Both the position numbers and the translations under genes were made by a program. The notes below the pieces were generated by a model. That model saw only the letters and a list, made by a program, of their open reading frames with translations, did no database searches and was not told where the DNA came from. A stretch of 64,000 nt of DNA from Candidatus Latescibacterota bacterium (GTDB lineage Bacteria; Latescibacterota; UBA2968; GCA-2709665), in contig CBDDDZ010000005.1 of assembly GCA_965226795.1 (NCBI GenBank), positions 2,816,001-2,880,000 on the forward strand, given 5' to 3'. Of this stretch, positions 10,082 to 19,829 are shown in pieces. The first letter of the stretch is position 1. Each line of letters begins with the position of its first letter.

Positions 10082-11242
10082 CTATCCCTCACCAAGAATC
10101 GTTGTGGTCTCCGCGTGGGCCAGCAGGGGGCCTTCCCTGACTTCGACGCCGAGACCCGGACCCCGAAGCAGCGGTGCACTTCCGCCGTGGCCGAACCTGA
10201 CAGGTTTTTCAGACACGTCTTCGACCAGCAACAGGCTTCCGTAGGAACCCTCCACGAACGCCACATCGTCCAGATGGGCGGCCACGCTCCGCCCCACAGC
10301 CGAAAGAATCGCGGATTCTCCCACCTGGCATCCCACTTGCAAGCGCAGCCCCGCACGGGCGGCCAATCGGGCGATCGCCAACGTGCGGGCAACACCACCG
10401 CACTTGGAGACGCGCAGATTGAAGAAGTCGCAGGCCTCCGCCGCGATCAGCGCCTCCGCGTCGGCCACGGTCACGAGCGATTCGTCGGCCATGATTGGAA
10501 TCGGCGAGAGGGACCGGACCTGCGCCAGCGCCGCCGGATCGCCGCGGGAAATGGGCTGCTCGGCGCAGGCGATGTCATACGGCGCCAGGGCTGCAAGCGT
10601 TGCGACGGCTTCGTCAGGCGTGTAGGCGCAGTTCGCGTCGACTCTGAGGGAGACCGACGGTCCCACGGCCTCGCGGACGGCCGCGACTCGATCGCAAGCG
10701 TCTTCCCCATCGATCTTGATCTTGACGGCCTGAAGTCCGTATTCCACGCAGACCCGCGCGAGCCGGACCGCGTTGTCGATTGAGCCACCCGTAATAACGC
10801 CGCTGTAGATGACGGCAGTCCGCTTGGGACGCAGGATCTCTCCCAGAGACAGTTTCTGATGCTGCAACAGGACGTCGAGCAGGGCCAGTTCGCAGGCCGC
10901 CCTCGCGGCGTGCCACGCAACGACGCCGTTGGATTCGCCATCGGGCAATGCCCGGTCAACCGGGGCCAGGGTACCGACGGGATCCGGACCGGGTGTCAGC
11001 GCCGGAAATTCGGAATCCGTGATGGCCGGCCAGAGACAATGCGCAATGTGATCGATGCACGTCCCGACGGTCTCGCCCGTCACGTATGGACGCGGCAGAC
11101 CTTCGCCGTAACCCAACGCGCCGTCGTCGGCCGTCAGGCGCACGACGACCGAGTCCGAACGGGACCGAACGGAAGCACTATGGCCGAAGGCCTCGACGAA
11201 GGGAATCCTGAGGGCGAAACAGGTTGCGCCGATGATCTTCAT
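10082..11242 (-). CDS. Enolase superfamily protein, MLE/dipeptide-epimerase subgroup
   Basis: GYGEG capping motif, KIKI, metal ligands in DAN, EQP and DES, then NLRVSKCGG. Confidence 0.88.
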   Translation of the reverse strand: MKIIGATCFALRIPFVEAFGHSASVRSRSDSVVVRLTADDGALGYGEGLPRPYVTGETVGTCIDHIAHCLWPAITDSEFPALTPGPDPVGTLAPVDRALPDGESNGVVAWHAARAACELALLDVLLQHQKLSLGEILRPKRTAVIYSGVITGGSIDNAVRLARVCVEYGLQAVKIKIDGEDACDRVAAVREAVGPSVSLRVDANCAYTPDEAVATLAALAPYDIACAEQPISRGDPAALAQVRSLSPIPIMADESLVTVADAEALIAAEACDFFNLRVSKCGGVARTLAIARLAARAGLRLQVGCQVGESAILSAVGRSVAAHLDDVAFVEGSYGSLLLVEDVSEKPVRFGHGGSAPLLRGPGLGVEVREGPLLAHAETTTILGEG

Positions 11243-11950
11243 GCCGACCCTCGAATCGTGGCGCCGGGGCTGTGGTGCGGTCGCCCTATCTGCTGGACGT
11301 CCGAGAGTCCCTGGATTGACGGGATGGTGACATCGGGTATCTCCTCGGGGCGGCGGGGCACCTGAAACCGCGAAAAACCCTGCAACACGCGAATCGTCCT
11401 CCAGCCCTGAGATTTCGCGGGTCCGATATCGTTATCGAGTCGATCTCCAACCATCAGGGCGTTCTCTGAGTCGCATCCGGCCATCGAAATGGCCCTCCTG
11501 AAAATTTCCGGATCGGGCTTCGATAGGCCGAACTCGGCGGATGAAAAAACAAGCGAAAAACAGTCCCGAATGCGCCATTGCACGAGGCGTTCCTCTGTGC
11601 CTTCGGATTGGTTGGCGATGACGCCGAGCCTGAATTGCCGTGATAGCGTCTCGAGAAGCTCCGGGACACCGGGATACAGGACTTCGTTTTCGTGCTCGTA
11701 GCGCACGGAACGCTCAACGGTGCAAATCCGTTCGTCGGGCAGATCCAGACGCGCCAGCATACCACGAAACGGACTCGGGGCGAAGTCGGTCGCCGCCTGT
11801 TCGCACATCGAAATGAGTTCGTCGACGGAATGGCGTAGACCCAACCCCTCCATGCGCTCACACACGCCCTTGAGACGCGCCCGGTGCGCCCGAGTTTCGT
11901 CCACGAGCGTCCAGCCCAGGTCCAGAAAGATCCATTCGATAATTGTTCAT
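11239..11950 (-). CDS. HAD-superfamily hydrolase (start region possibly frameshifted)
   Basis: IFLDLGWTLVD motif I lies in frame upstream of the listed ORF start; KPDP and MVGDRLDND motifs present. The ATG at 11950 is one base out of frame. Confidence 0.8.
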
Positions 11951-12148
11951 GGGGATGTAATTTCGCGTCGGAATCGAAATGAACGATTGAGGTGTCTATG
12001 GCGAACCCGAACGTTCCTGATGCGTTTCTTCGCTGGTGACGTGTGATCGTGGATGACCGATGGTGCGCCACGGCCCGTTTGTTTTCGTTCAACCCCTTGC
12101 CCTTCGTTGGAAATCGCGAGCGTTGTACGTCTGACGGGCGGTGCGCGA

Positions 12149-13654
12149 TTATCGATCCACGCCGTATTTCTTCAGCCAGTTCGTGAACGTCTGGTAGCTC
12201 GGGAGGCCCACCAGCCGGGCCGCCCGCGATTTGTTACCCTGTGTCTCATCCAGCGCCCGCGCCAGGTAGTGGCGCGCCACCGAGGCCAGTAGGTCCGGAA
12301 GGCAGAGATCGTCGCCGAGAGGGCGTTCGAGGATTCCCGAGTCGGCCCGGCCGACCGCGGGCATCAGCGCTTCCCGCATGTCCTCGCTATCGACAACGGG
12401 CCCCGCCGTCCACAGCGCGACCCGATGAAGCGTGTTCAGGAGTTCGCGGACGTTGCCCGGCCACGGGTGGGCCATGAGAAGATTTCTTGCGTTTGGAGAA
12501 ATTTTCTTGTGCTCGAATCCCGGCTGTCCCGCATGTTCCTCGTTGACCTGTTCGAGCAATCGATCCACGAGAAGACCCAGGTCGCCCTCACGTTCTCTCA
12601 GGGGAGGCAGCTTCAGGTCTGCCACGGCCAGACGATAGTACAAATCATCCCGGAACCGGCCACCGGCGACTTCCCCTGACAGGCCCCTGTTCGTTGCCGC
12701 TATGATTCTGACATCCACCTCGCGATGCGACCTCGAACCCACGGGCAGGACCCTTCCGTCCTGCAGGATCCGAAGGAATTTTACCTGGGCGGACGGGGAG
12801 AGTTCGCCGACCTCGTCGAGGAAGAACGTTCCTGAGTCGGCGGCCTCGAAATAGCCGAACCTTGCCCGGTGCGCGCCCGTGAACGCGCCCTTTTCGTGGC
12901 CAAACAGTTCGGATTCCGCCAGTTCCGCGGGTATCGCGCCGCAGTTGACCGCTACGAATGGCCGATCCCGCCGGGGACTCGCCCGGTGGATCGCCCGTGC
13001 CAGCAATTCCTTTCCGGTGCCTGACTCGCCCTGAATGAGAACCGGTACCGATCGCGGGGCCACGCGGCGAGCCCTGACAATAACGCGGGCCATCGCCTCG
13101 CTTCGGTGAATGATATCGGCGAATTCCGGCGCCTCCGGCGGGAGTCCCGCCGTCGCTTTTTCAAGGCGCTTGTCAGGACCCCGAAGCAGGTCGGGAATGA
13201 ACTCGGCCGAGATGTCGAACGGCACCGACGTGGTACGCACGCCCTGCTCCGCAGATGACTCGATCAGTTCGGCGGGAAACCGCGTTTTGGCCAGGATGAT
13301 CCAGATCGCGGCCATGGCCGGTGTGCCGGGACTCAGATGGTACGTCAGGTCAGCATCCTCCCCGTGACGCGCCAGCGTCTCCGACACAACCCGAACGGCC
13401 GCTTCGTAAATCTCGCCGAACTCCGTGGGCCCTGAGAGCGGCTCGTGCCGGACCGTGACAGCGGCCCCGGTCCACGGCCGGAGCCATTCGAGAAACGGCG
13501 CCGACACGTTTTCAGTGTAGTCGCTTATCAACACGGCGGCGTCAAACTCGCGCGTGCCGAGCGCCTGGGCGACCGGTCCGATGCCGACGACGGGATCGTC
13601 CGAGGGCGCCCGGAGATCCGCCTGGCCGATCCAACTGATCAGTATCCTTGTCAT
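12149..13654 (-). CDS. Sigma-54-dependent transcriptional activator with RtcR/CARF-like N-terminal domain
   Basis: GESGTGKE Walker A, GAFTGA, FLDEVGE Walker B, WPGNVREL and a C-terminal HTH. The N-terminus (RILISWIG...[11 protein letters not shown]) resembles RtcR N-domains. Confidence 0.85.
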   Translation of the reverse strand: MTRILISWIGQADLRAPSDDPVVGIGPVAQALGTREFDAAVLISDYTENVSAPFLEWLRPWTGAAVTVRHEPLSGPTEFGEIYEAAVRVVSETLARHGEDADLTYHLSPGTPAMAAIWIILAKTRFPAELIESSAEQGVRTTSVPFDISAEFIPDLLRGPDKRLEKATAGLPPEAPEFADIIHRSEAMARVIVRARRVAPRSVPVLIQGESGTGKELLARAIHRASPRRDRPFVAVNCGAIPAELAESELFGHEKGAFTGAHRARFGYFEAADSGTFFLDEVGELSPSAQVKFLRILQDGRVLPVGSRSHREVDVRIIAATNRGLSGEVAGGRFRDDLYYRLAVADLKLPPLREREGDLGLLVDRLLEQVNEEHAGQPGFEHKKISPNARNLLMAHPWPGNVRELLNTLHRVALWTAGPVVDSEDMREALMPAVGRADSGILERPLGDDLCLPDLLASVARHYLARALDETQGNKSRAARLVGLPSYQTFTNWLKKYGVDR

Positions 13655-13672
13655 AGGCTACCTATATACAAA

Positions 13673-13696
13673 AAATCTTGTGATATCACAAGATTT
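13673..13696. promoter_or_regulatory. Perfect 24-bp palindrome, candidate operator
   Basis: aaatcttgtgat|atcacaagattt, about 20 bp upstream of the activator start codon. Confidence 0.6.
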
Positions 13697-13759
13697 CTTA
13701 TGGTTGGTTCCGGGCAAGGAAAGTCCCAACTTGCGTATGCAATGCACGTCTTCGATAGG

Positions 13760-16700
13760 CTATTCCTCCACGTCCGATACGTCGATGTTCACGACAAGGC
13801 TCACGCGTCCGCCCCTGCCGTCGCTGGTGCGCACGATTGCCGCGTATCCACGCTTTTCCTCGAAGTCATACGTCCCCTTCGTGAGGATCTGGCCGGTGTC
13901 CGGCTCAATGTCGAAGTGGTCCGCATCGGCGCCCCACAGGCTGTAGGTCAGCTCATTGCCGTCGGCATCCGTCGCCGCGATGGGATCCCCGATCGCCTCT
14001 CCCGCAGGCGCGTTCTCCGCCACGGAACGCGTCACCGGTGGCATGACGGTGAACAAGGGCGCACGGTTGACCGTTTTGCCGAAGCTCTTCGCAAAGATCA
14101 CGAAATCCTCAAAACCGATCCCTCCGTCGCTGTTCAGGTCGTATCCTGACTCATACTTGGCATCGCCCTCTCCATACCCGAACACGCCCGCGAAACCAAC
14201 AAAATCCGCAAAGGCCACCAGACCACTCCCGTCGAAATCCGCTGAAGGCGGCGCAACAGCCTGCAGAAGGATGCTCACCGAACGCGTCATCGCCTCCGGA
14301 TGATCGCCCCGGATAAGATCTACCCCCGCCACACGGATCTCTGTCTCCGAAAACGCATCCGTCGTCCTGAACCTGACGGTTCCCACCAACCCACTGTCCA
14401 CCATCGCCCGACTCCCCAGAGACGCGATACCCATCTCCACAAAGGTCGAATCCTGCTTCACCAATGCAGTAACATTCGGCAAGGCATCGCCCACGTCGAA
14501 CCCTGCAAACACAACCTGTGTCGCATCATAGCCCACCCGAAGGTCGAGACTGCGCGTACCCCGGATATCCACGCCGAATACCTGTATGGGTAAAACGCCG
14601 CCGGGCGCTATAACAGTAGACGAGACGAATTGATCTCTTTCGGAATTATCCAGATCCAGAGAAAGAGAGAACCGGTCATACAGAATCAGGATATTGGTCC
14701 GAACAATGTCGAGGGCCGTCCACTCGCCGTCGCCCGCCGCGCTATTTGAGTGCACCTGCACCTCGTATTCCGTGTCAGGGTCCAGTCCCGCAATGGTCGC
14801 GCTCGTGTCCGTCACATCCTGTGGGCCCTCCGTCCAATCCCCATCGCTACCCACCCGGTAGCGCAGATCGTAACCCGTAACGGGATCCCCATGGGTCGTC
14901 GGCGCCGTCCAACTGACTGTCAAGCTGATCGACGACGTCTCCGTCACCCTGGGCGAGACCGGCGGCGGAGGCGGCAACGGGGTCCTCACAGGACTCAGTG
15001 TCGACCAATCACTGTCGCCAGCGGCGCTGTTGGCCCGCACCTGCACCTCGTATGCCGTATTCGGGCTCAGACCCGGGATGGTTGCGGTCGTTTCGGCGAC
15101 ATCCTGCGGGCCGTCCATGAATTCCCCGGTACTGCCCTGCCGATAGCGCAGATCGTAACCCGTGACGGGCGCCCCGTTGGTTGTCGGCGCGGCCCAACTG
15201 ACCGTCACACTCGTCGTCGACGTCTCCATCACCACGGGCGCATCAGGCGGGGACAATGCAGGGGTCGGCGGGGGCGGAGGTGATGGCGGGGGAGGAGGAG
15301 GTGGTGGCGGGGGTGGAGGCGGAGGCGGGGGTGGAGGCGGAGGCGGGGGTGGAGGCGGGGGCGGTGGAGGTGGCGGAGGAGGAGGAGGAGGAGGATCCAC
15401 CCGCCCCCTGACGGTGTGCACGAGTCGAGTCGACAGCCGCCGTCCGTTATTGGTGCAGATGGCGCCAGGGATCGTACAGGGGCGGTTAGAGGCCAACTCC
15501 AACCTTACGTCGGCATAGGATTCAGGCTTGGTCACAATCTCCCAAAGGTAGTTGGTGCCGGAGCGGCGTTGGGCGCCAGTCACCGTGCCTCCGGTCACCG
15601 ACACGGCGTGGTCCCTGAAATCCTCGTAAAAAATCAATATGTCATCGCTGAACCGCAACCGAACACGGAAAGCCTGCCCATCATGCGTCCAGGGTGGATT
15701 GACAAATCTCGCCGTCAGAGCATCGGCTGTGGCCACCGCCGGGTTGTGGATCGCGAACGGGGCGTCAGTGAAGATCCAGGGGCGGGCCTGCTTGATCGCC
15801 AGCATATTGTCGCTGGTGATCTTGAACTCGATTTCCATGGCGAACGGGTCGCCTGGCACCGGGTTGTACAGACTCTCGAAGTGGGTATGAATCGTTCCGA
15901 GGTGCCGGCGCAACTGATCCAGCTGATCGTCGCTCATGAGAAGTCGACCCTGCGACACCTGGTTGGAGAACGCAACAACGGTGTGCGTGCCGGAAGAATT
16001 CAACAGGATTTCTTCCGGTACCGAGTGCGCGTCCGGATTGGTGACCAGGTCCTCGCCTAGCTGACTGTTGACGTAGTAGCTCCCGGATGTGCCGTAGGCG
16101 GGGTCAAAGCTGACAGCCACGCCGTTGACCCTTTCGTCCCGGTAACTGGGGTGCACCAGGATGCCCATCGCAGCCGCTTTGTGGTCGATGCGGTGAAAAT
16201 CGCGTTCGACGAAAGCCCGGAAGTTCCAAAGACCTGCGTACACCTCCTTGAGGGACTTGGCCAGATCCTCTTCGTCCTCACTGGGCTTCTGACTCTTGGA
16301 GTCGTACAGACCCGCGCCGTTGAACCCCGGCAGGTCCTCGTTGTTGGTGCTGGACCGGTAGCGCTTGTTGATGCCAGAGGCGAACGATTCGTTCATTGTA
16401 TCGATCGCCGCGATGATCCACTCCGGCGTCGACGCGTCCTCGATGGCTTTGCGCAATTCCTTGAGCGAGTCCGCCTGCGTCGTAAAGTCCGTCTGGAAAT
16501 CTTCGTTGGCCAGCATGTTATCAATGCGTCCGTATAGCCCGTTGTGCTTCATGAACTCGTCATAGAAATAGAACGGAATCGCGAAGCCGTCGGGCGCCGT
16601 CCCTTCCGGAAACCCCAGCGTACCCAGCACAGCCACGTTCGCCGCTTTGACCCCGAACGCCTTCCAGTCCCCAAAGCCGATTTCGCTGAGGGGCTTGATC

Positions 16701-18109
16701 GACGTGAACAAAAGGTCCCGTTGCGGCGTCTGCGCCAGGGCGGGGCGGGACGAGGCGTAGTGGTCATCGACCTCCGCGCGGGTGGCCGCATGCAGGTCCC
16801 AGCCGTCCTCGGTGACGGAGTAGCGGACATAGTTGTCGATCAGAGCGCTGATTGCGCCGTCGTCGATGGCATCGCGAATAAAGGCGTTGGGGATGCGGTC
16901 CTGAATGGCGCGCAGATTGACGTGCGACAGTGGAGTCTGGGACACGGTGGAGATGATGCCTGCAACGCGGGGCAGTTCGTTTGGCAGCGCCTCGTAGATC
17001 ACGATGTCGCGGGGGTGGGGACGCTCGTCCGGTTCCATGATCCGCAGAAGACCGTACCCTTCGCCCGGGTTCAACGCAAGGAAGCTGGTTTCGACCAGTA
17101 CGTCTTCGTCGTACACGAGGTTAATTCGGGATGCCTGGTACAACAGCAGGTCTGCCTGGAGTTGCGGAAGCACGGAATTTCGTATCCACAAGGCCAGATT
17201 GTCCTCTAGCAGCGGCATGCCGGCCGCGAGCAGAGTATACGTGCGAGCCACAACACTGGAGGAGTATCCGGTGTTGTATCGGCTGCCTATCCAGTAGCGG
17301 TAGACGCCCATGCTGCCATCGGGTGCGGCAACATCCGGGTCATAGATGATATTGCCGGGGATAAACCCCGGTCCCGCCGAGAGGTTTAACCAACGCAAAA
17401 AGATTCCATGATTCCGGAGTCTCCTGGTGTTCTGAAAGTAAACACGCGGCCGGTCAGTGTCCATGCCGAGCAGAACGAACTTGAGGTTCCATGTATCGCT
17501 GGTTTCTAAGGAGAGACTCTCGAACGTTTCCTGATCGGAAATGGCCAAAACGCCGTACGTGAAGGCAATGGCAACGGCCGGGTTGACCGGGTTCATGCTC
17601 CCCAAGTTATCGAGTTCGGTCAGATCGTCGATGCAGTCGCCGTCTACGTCGGCCGGGTCGGACACCAGGTACTTTTCCACCCGGTAGCGGCCCGCGGGAA
17701 GGGCCGACACGTTCTCGGCCAGCGCCGTCGTACCGGCTTCGCCGCGCTTCACCAGGACCGGATACTCCACCTCCTTTCCGTCGACGTCGTGCTCCACGTA
17801 GAGTACGAAATAGTCATCCGTCGTGGATTCCACCTCGATGGGCACCGCCGTCACCGCCACCGCCACCACCGTCGGATTATAGCCACCCCCTTCACACGGG
17901 TTACCGCCCTGGGCGAAACCGTGGGTGACCAGGGCCAACGAAACGGCCAATGCTGCAAGGGCCTTTGTCGCACTGCGGCGAACAACGCCTATTGTTAATG
18001 AAACCGCGCACGATCTGGATAATTCTAGCCGCGGGATAGGTGGCGTCATTATCAGACTCCCGTTATCCAAGATCCGGCTGGCGAATAGACAAAAAAATAC
18101 CCGATTCAT
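13760..18109 (-). CDS. Large mosaic protein: PEP/pyruvate-binding (PPDK_N-like) domain, poly-Pro linker, 2x FN3, cohesin-like, EF-hand pair, cadherin-like
   Basis: FGVKAAN, PDGFAIP, RSSTNNEDLPGFNGAGLYDS and KQARP; two VSWxAP...YDLRY...YEVQV FN3 units; DFDGSGLVAFADF; NRAPLF...ENAPAG...DADG...DFE cadherin pattern. True start probably downstream of 18109. Confidence 0.85.
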   Translation of the reverse strand: MNRVFFCLFASRILDNGSLIMTPPIPRLELSRSCAVSLTIGVVRRSATKALAALAVSLALVTHGFAQGGNPCEGGGYNPTVVAVAVTAVPIEVESTTDDYFVLYVEHDVDGKEVEYPVLVKRGEAGTTALAENVSALPAGRYRVEKYLVSDPADVDGDCIDDLTELDNLGSMNPVNPAVAIAFTYGVLAISDQETFESLSLETSDTWNLKFVLLGMDTDRPRVYFQNTRRLRNHGIFLRWLNLSAGPGFIPGNIIYDPDVAAPDGSMGVYRYWIGSRYNTGYSSSVVARTYTLLAAGMPLLEDNLALWIRNSVLPQLQADLLLYQASRINLVYDEDVLVETSFLALNPGEGYGLLRIMEPDERPHPRDIVIYEALPNELPRVAGIISTVSQTPLSHVNLRAIQDRIPNAFIRDAIDDGAISALIDNYVRYSVTEDGWDLHAATRAEVDDHYASSRPALAQTPQRDLLFTSIKPLSEIGFGDWKAFGVKAANVAVLGTLGFPEGTAPDGFAIPFYFYDEFMKHNGLYGRIDNMLANEDFQTDFTTQADSLKELRKAIEDASTPEWIIAAIDTMNESFASGINKRYRSSTNNEDLPGFNGAGLYDSKSQKPSEDEEDLAKSLKEVYAGLWNFRAFVERDFHRIDHKAAAMGILVHPSYRDERVNGVAVSFDPAYGTSGSYYVNSQLGEDLVTNPDAHSVPEEILLNSSGTHTVVAFSNQVSQGRLLMSDDQLDQLRRHLGTIHTHFESLYNPVPGDPFAMEIEFKITSDNMLAIKQARPWIFTDAPFAIHNPAVATADALTARFVNPPWTHDGQAFRVRLRFSDDILIFYEDFRDHAVSVTGGTVTGAQRRSGTNYLWEIVTKPESYADVRLELASNRPCTIPGAICTNNGRRLSTRLVHTVRGRVDPPPPPPPPPPPPPPPPPPPPPPPPPPPPPPPPPPPPPSPPPPPTPALSPPDAPVVMETSTTSVTVSWAAPTTNGAPVTGYDLRYRQGSTGEFMDGPQDVAETTATIPGLSPNTAYEVQVRANSAAGDSDWSTLSPVRTPLPPPPPVSPRVTETSSISLTVSWTAPTTHGDPVTGYDLRYRVGSDGDWTEGPQDVTDTSATIAGLDPDTEYEVQVHSNSAAGDGEWTALDIVRTNILILYDRFSLSLDLDNSERDQFVSSTVIAPGGVLPIQVFGVDIRGTRSLDLRVGYDATQVVFAGFDVGDALPNVTALVKQDSTFVEMGIASLGSRAMVDSGLVGTVRFRTTDAFSETEIRVAGVDLIRGDHPEAMTRSVSILLQAVAPPSADFDGSGLVAFADFVGFAGVFGYGEGDAKYESGYDLNSDGGIGFEDFVIFAKSFGKTVNRAPLFTVMPPVTRSVAENAPAGEAIGDPIAATDADGNELTYSLWGADADHFDIEPDTGQILTKGTYDFEEKRGYAAIVRTSDGRGGRVSLVVNIDVSDVEE
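15284..15394 (-). repeat. Poly-proline coding tract (~37 consecutive Pro codons)
   Basis: 111 nt of NGG triplets on the + strand between the Ser and Asp codons. Confidence 0.9.
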
Positions 18110-18572
18110 CCCTCCGCTACGTAGCGAAGAGGATGCGGGAAGATTCTAACCATTCGCAGGGGACATGGCAGCTACCCATACAAATTGACTATTGAACTCG
18201 ACGGGTTACCGCACCCACGTGCGATGCAACTATTGGGACAGAGGAAATATACCGCGAGCCGCGTGAAATTGGTGTGGTATATCGGTCAGTTTGATGGTTT
18301 TTTAGTGGAAACAAGACCCAACTGGTATATTGAGGGAGGCGCATGCCGGCAGCGAAAAGCCGGAATTGCGTCTGGCAGACCGATGAGCGAGGAGGTGCGT
18401 TGGAAGGAGAGGTAAAGACGGTGAGTGGACCGGCTCCCACCCGGCGGCAGGAAACAGCGGGTTACGGGGCGCGCAGTCGGCCGCCCACAGTCCCACCCGA
18501 TGGTTGACAGTTTGGTATGAATTCAATATCCTGTTGCGTTTACATATCTCAAGCCATATTCCGGAGCGCGCT

Positions 18573-18971
18573 ATGGTATGGATTCTCGTTGTTCTTGCCG
18601 CATTGTCGGCAGCTGAGCGGAAGCCGTCGATGTCAACAAGGTACGAAGCAACCGTGGTTTCCGTCTACGATGGCGATACGTTCACCGTTGACGTGGCCCT
18701 CTGGCCGGGCCTGACCTGGCGCGGTAAGGTACGCGTGCGGGGTGTGGATACGCCGGAGATTCAGACGAAGAGCAAGAGGGAAAAGAAACGCGCGTTGCTT
18801 GCCCGCGATTTTGTCCGTGCACGGATCGGCAAAACCGTTTTCCTGGAAAACGTGAAGCAGGGCAACTTCTCCGGGCGCGTCGTGGCAACCGTCAGACTAC
18901 CGGATGGGTCCAACCTCGCGAAGATCCTGATACGGGAAGGGCACGGGAAGGCCTACAAAAGGCGGCGATGA
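18573..18971 (+). CDS. Thermonuclease (SNase) family protein
   Basis: VYDGDT, VRVRGVDTPE and GRVVA motifs; hydrophobic N-terminus after a GGAG RBS; TTGACA-N17-TATCCT upstream near 18503. Confidence 0.85.
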   Translation: MVWILVVLAALSAAERKPSMSTRYEATVVSVYDGDTFTVDVALWPGLTWRGKVRVRGVDTPEIQTKSKREKKRALLARDFVRARIGKTVFLENVKQGNFSGRVVATVRLPDGSNLAKILIREGHGKAYKRRR

Positions 18972-19015
18972 ACGTCCGGTAGAGGCAAGAGGGAAGACGC
19001 GAGGGGCCGCAAGGC

Positions 19016-19039
19016 GGGCGGTTCGCGAACCGCCCCTAC
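19016..19039 (-). repeat. GTAG-type REP-like palindrome
   Basis: Minus strand reads GTAG gggcggttcg|cgaaccgccc, overlapping the PhyH stop codon. Confidence 0.6.
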
Positions 19040-19779
19040 TTGAGAGAGATGATTTCGCGCTGGGACGGGCTGAGGCGGTCGGCGAAGCCGGGGCTGAAAC
19101 GGAGGTGCTGTCCGCCCCAATCCGGCATATAGCCGATGCTGTAGCAGTAGTAGAGCGTGCGACGCGGACGTCCGGACACGTTTACCGTGGATCCGTGGGT
19201 AAGCGCTTCCGTGAACAGAATGGCGTCGCCGGCGCGCGCCGGAACGGCCCGTAACGGGGGAATTTCATCTGGATGACTGCCCCATGGCCTCACGAAATTG
19301 CTTTTGTGCGCCCCCGGGATCACCGCGAAGCAGCCGTCTTCGGGCCCACAATCGAGCATCGGGAACACCGCCTTGGTGAGCGTTGACACCATCTGGCCGT
19401 TGCGGCAGTGGTACTGGCATTTCGGGATGATCGGCGTACCGTGCATGTGCATCCCGGTATAGCCGCCGCCCCACCGATAGATGGTGTAGGTGTGGTTGAG
19501 GCGATACGGACCGCCGGTAACGCATTCGACGGCGCCCAGCAATTCGGGCAGATCCATCAACGGAACCAACGCGTCGTCGCCCTCGATGATGTTCGAAATG
19601 TAGAGGTTTTCGGGCGAACGCTCCTGGCCGAGGACCAGCGGCGGGGGGTAATCCGAGGGGTCCATCGTCTCGAACCGGTCCAGCGCGGCGTTGCAGGCCG
19701 CCACCAGCGCCGGTGGTACGACCTGCTCCAGGACAACGTAGCCCTGCAGGTCGAAGAGATATTTCTGTTCCGGGGTCAT
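19036..19779 (-). CDS. PhyH-like Fe(II)/2-oxoglutarate dioxygenase family protein
   Basis: FDLQGYVVL, VIPGAHK and GDAILFTEALTHGS motifs; paralogous to 24335-25087. Confidence 0.85.
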   Translation of the reverse strand: MTPEQKYLFDLQGYVVLEQVVPPALVAACNAALDRFETMDPSDYPPPLVLGQERSPENLYISNIIEGDDALVPLMDLPELLGAVECVTGGPYRLNHTYTIYRWGGGYTGMHMHGTPIIPKCQYHCRNGQMVSTLTKAVFPMLDCGPEDGCFAVIPGAHKSNFVRPWGSHPDEIPPLRAVPARAGDAILFTEALTHGSTVNVSGRPRRTLYYCYSIGYMPDWGGQHLRFSPGFADRLSPSQREIISLK

Positions 19780-19829
19780 CTCGCCTCCTCATTTACCGAT
19801 TTAGCCAACCATTCGCCCGGAGGAATCCA

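Noticed and set aside
12050..12075. Sigma-54 promoter upstream of the HAD gene
   Set aside because: Minus strand TGGCGC is followed by GT rather than GC at the -12 position.
15162..15518. Poly-glycine ORF on the + strand
   Set aside because: Antisense shadow of the poly-Pro tract in the 1449-aa gene.
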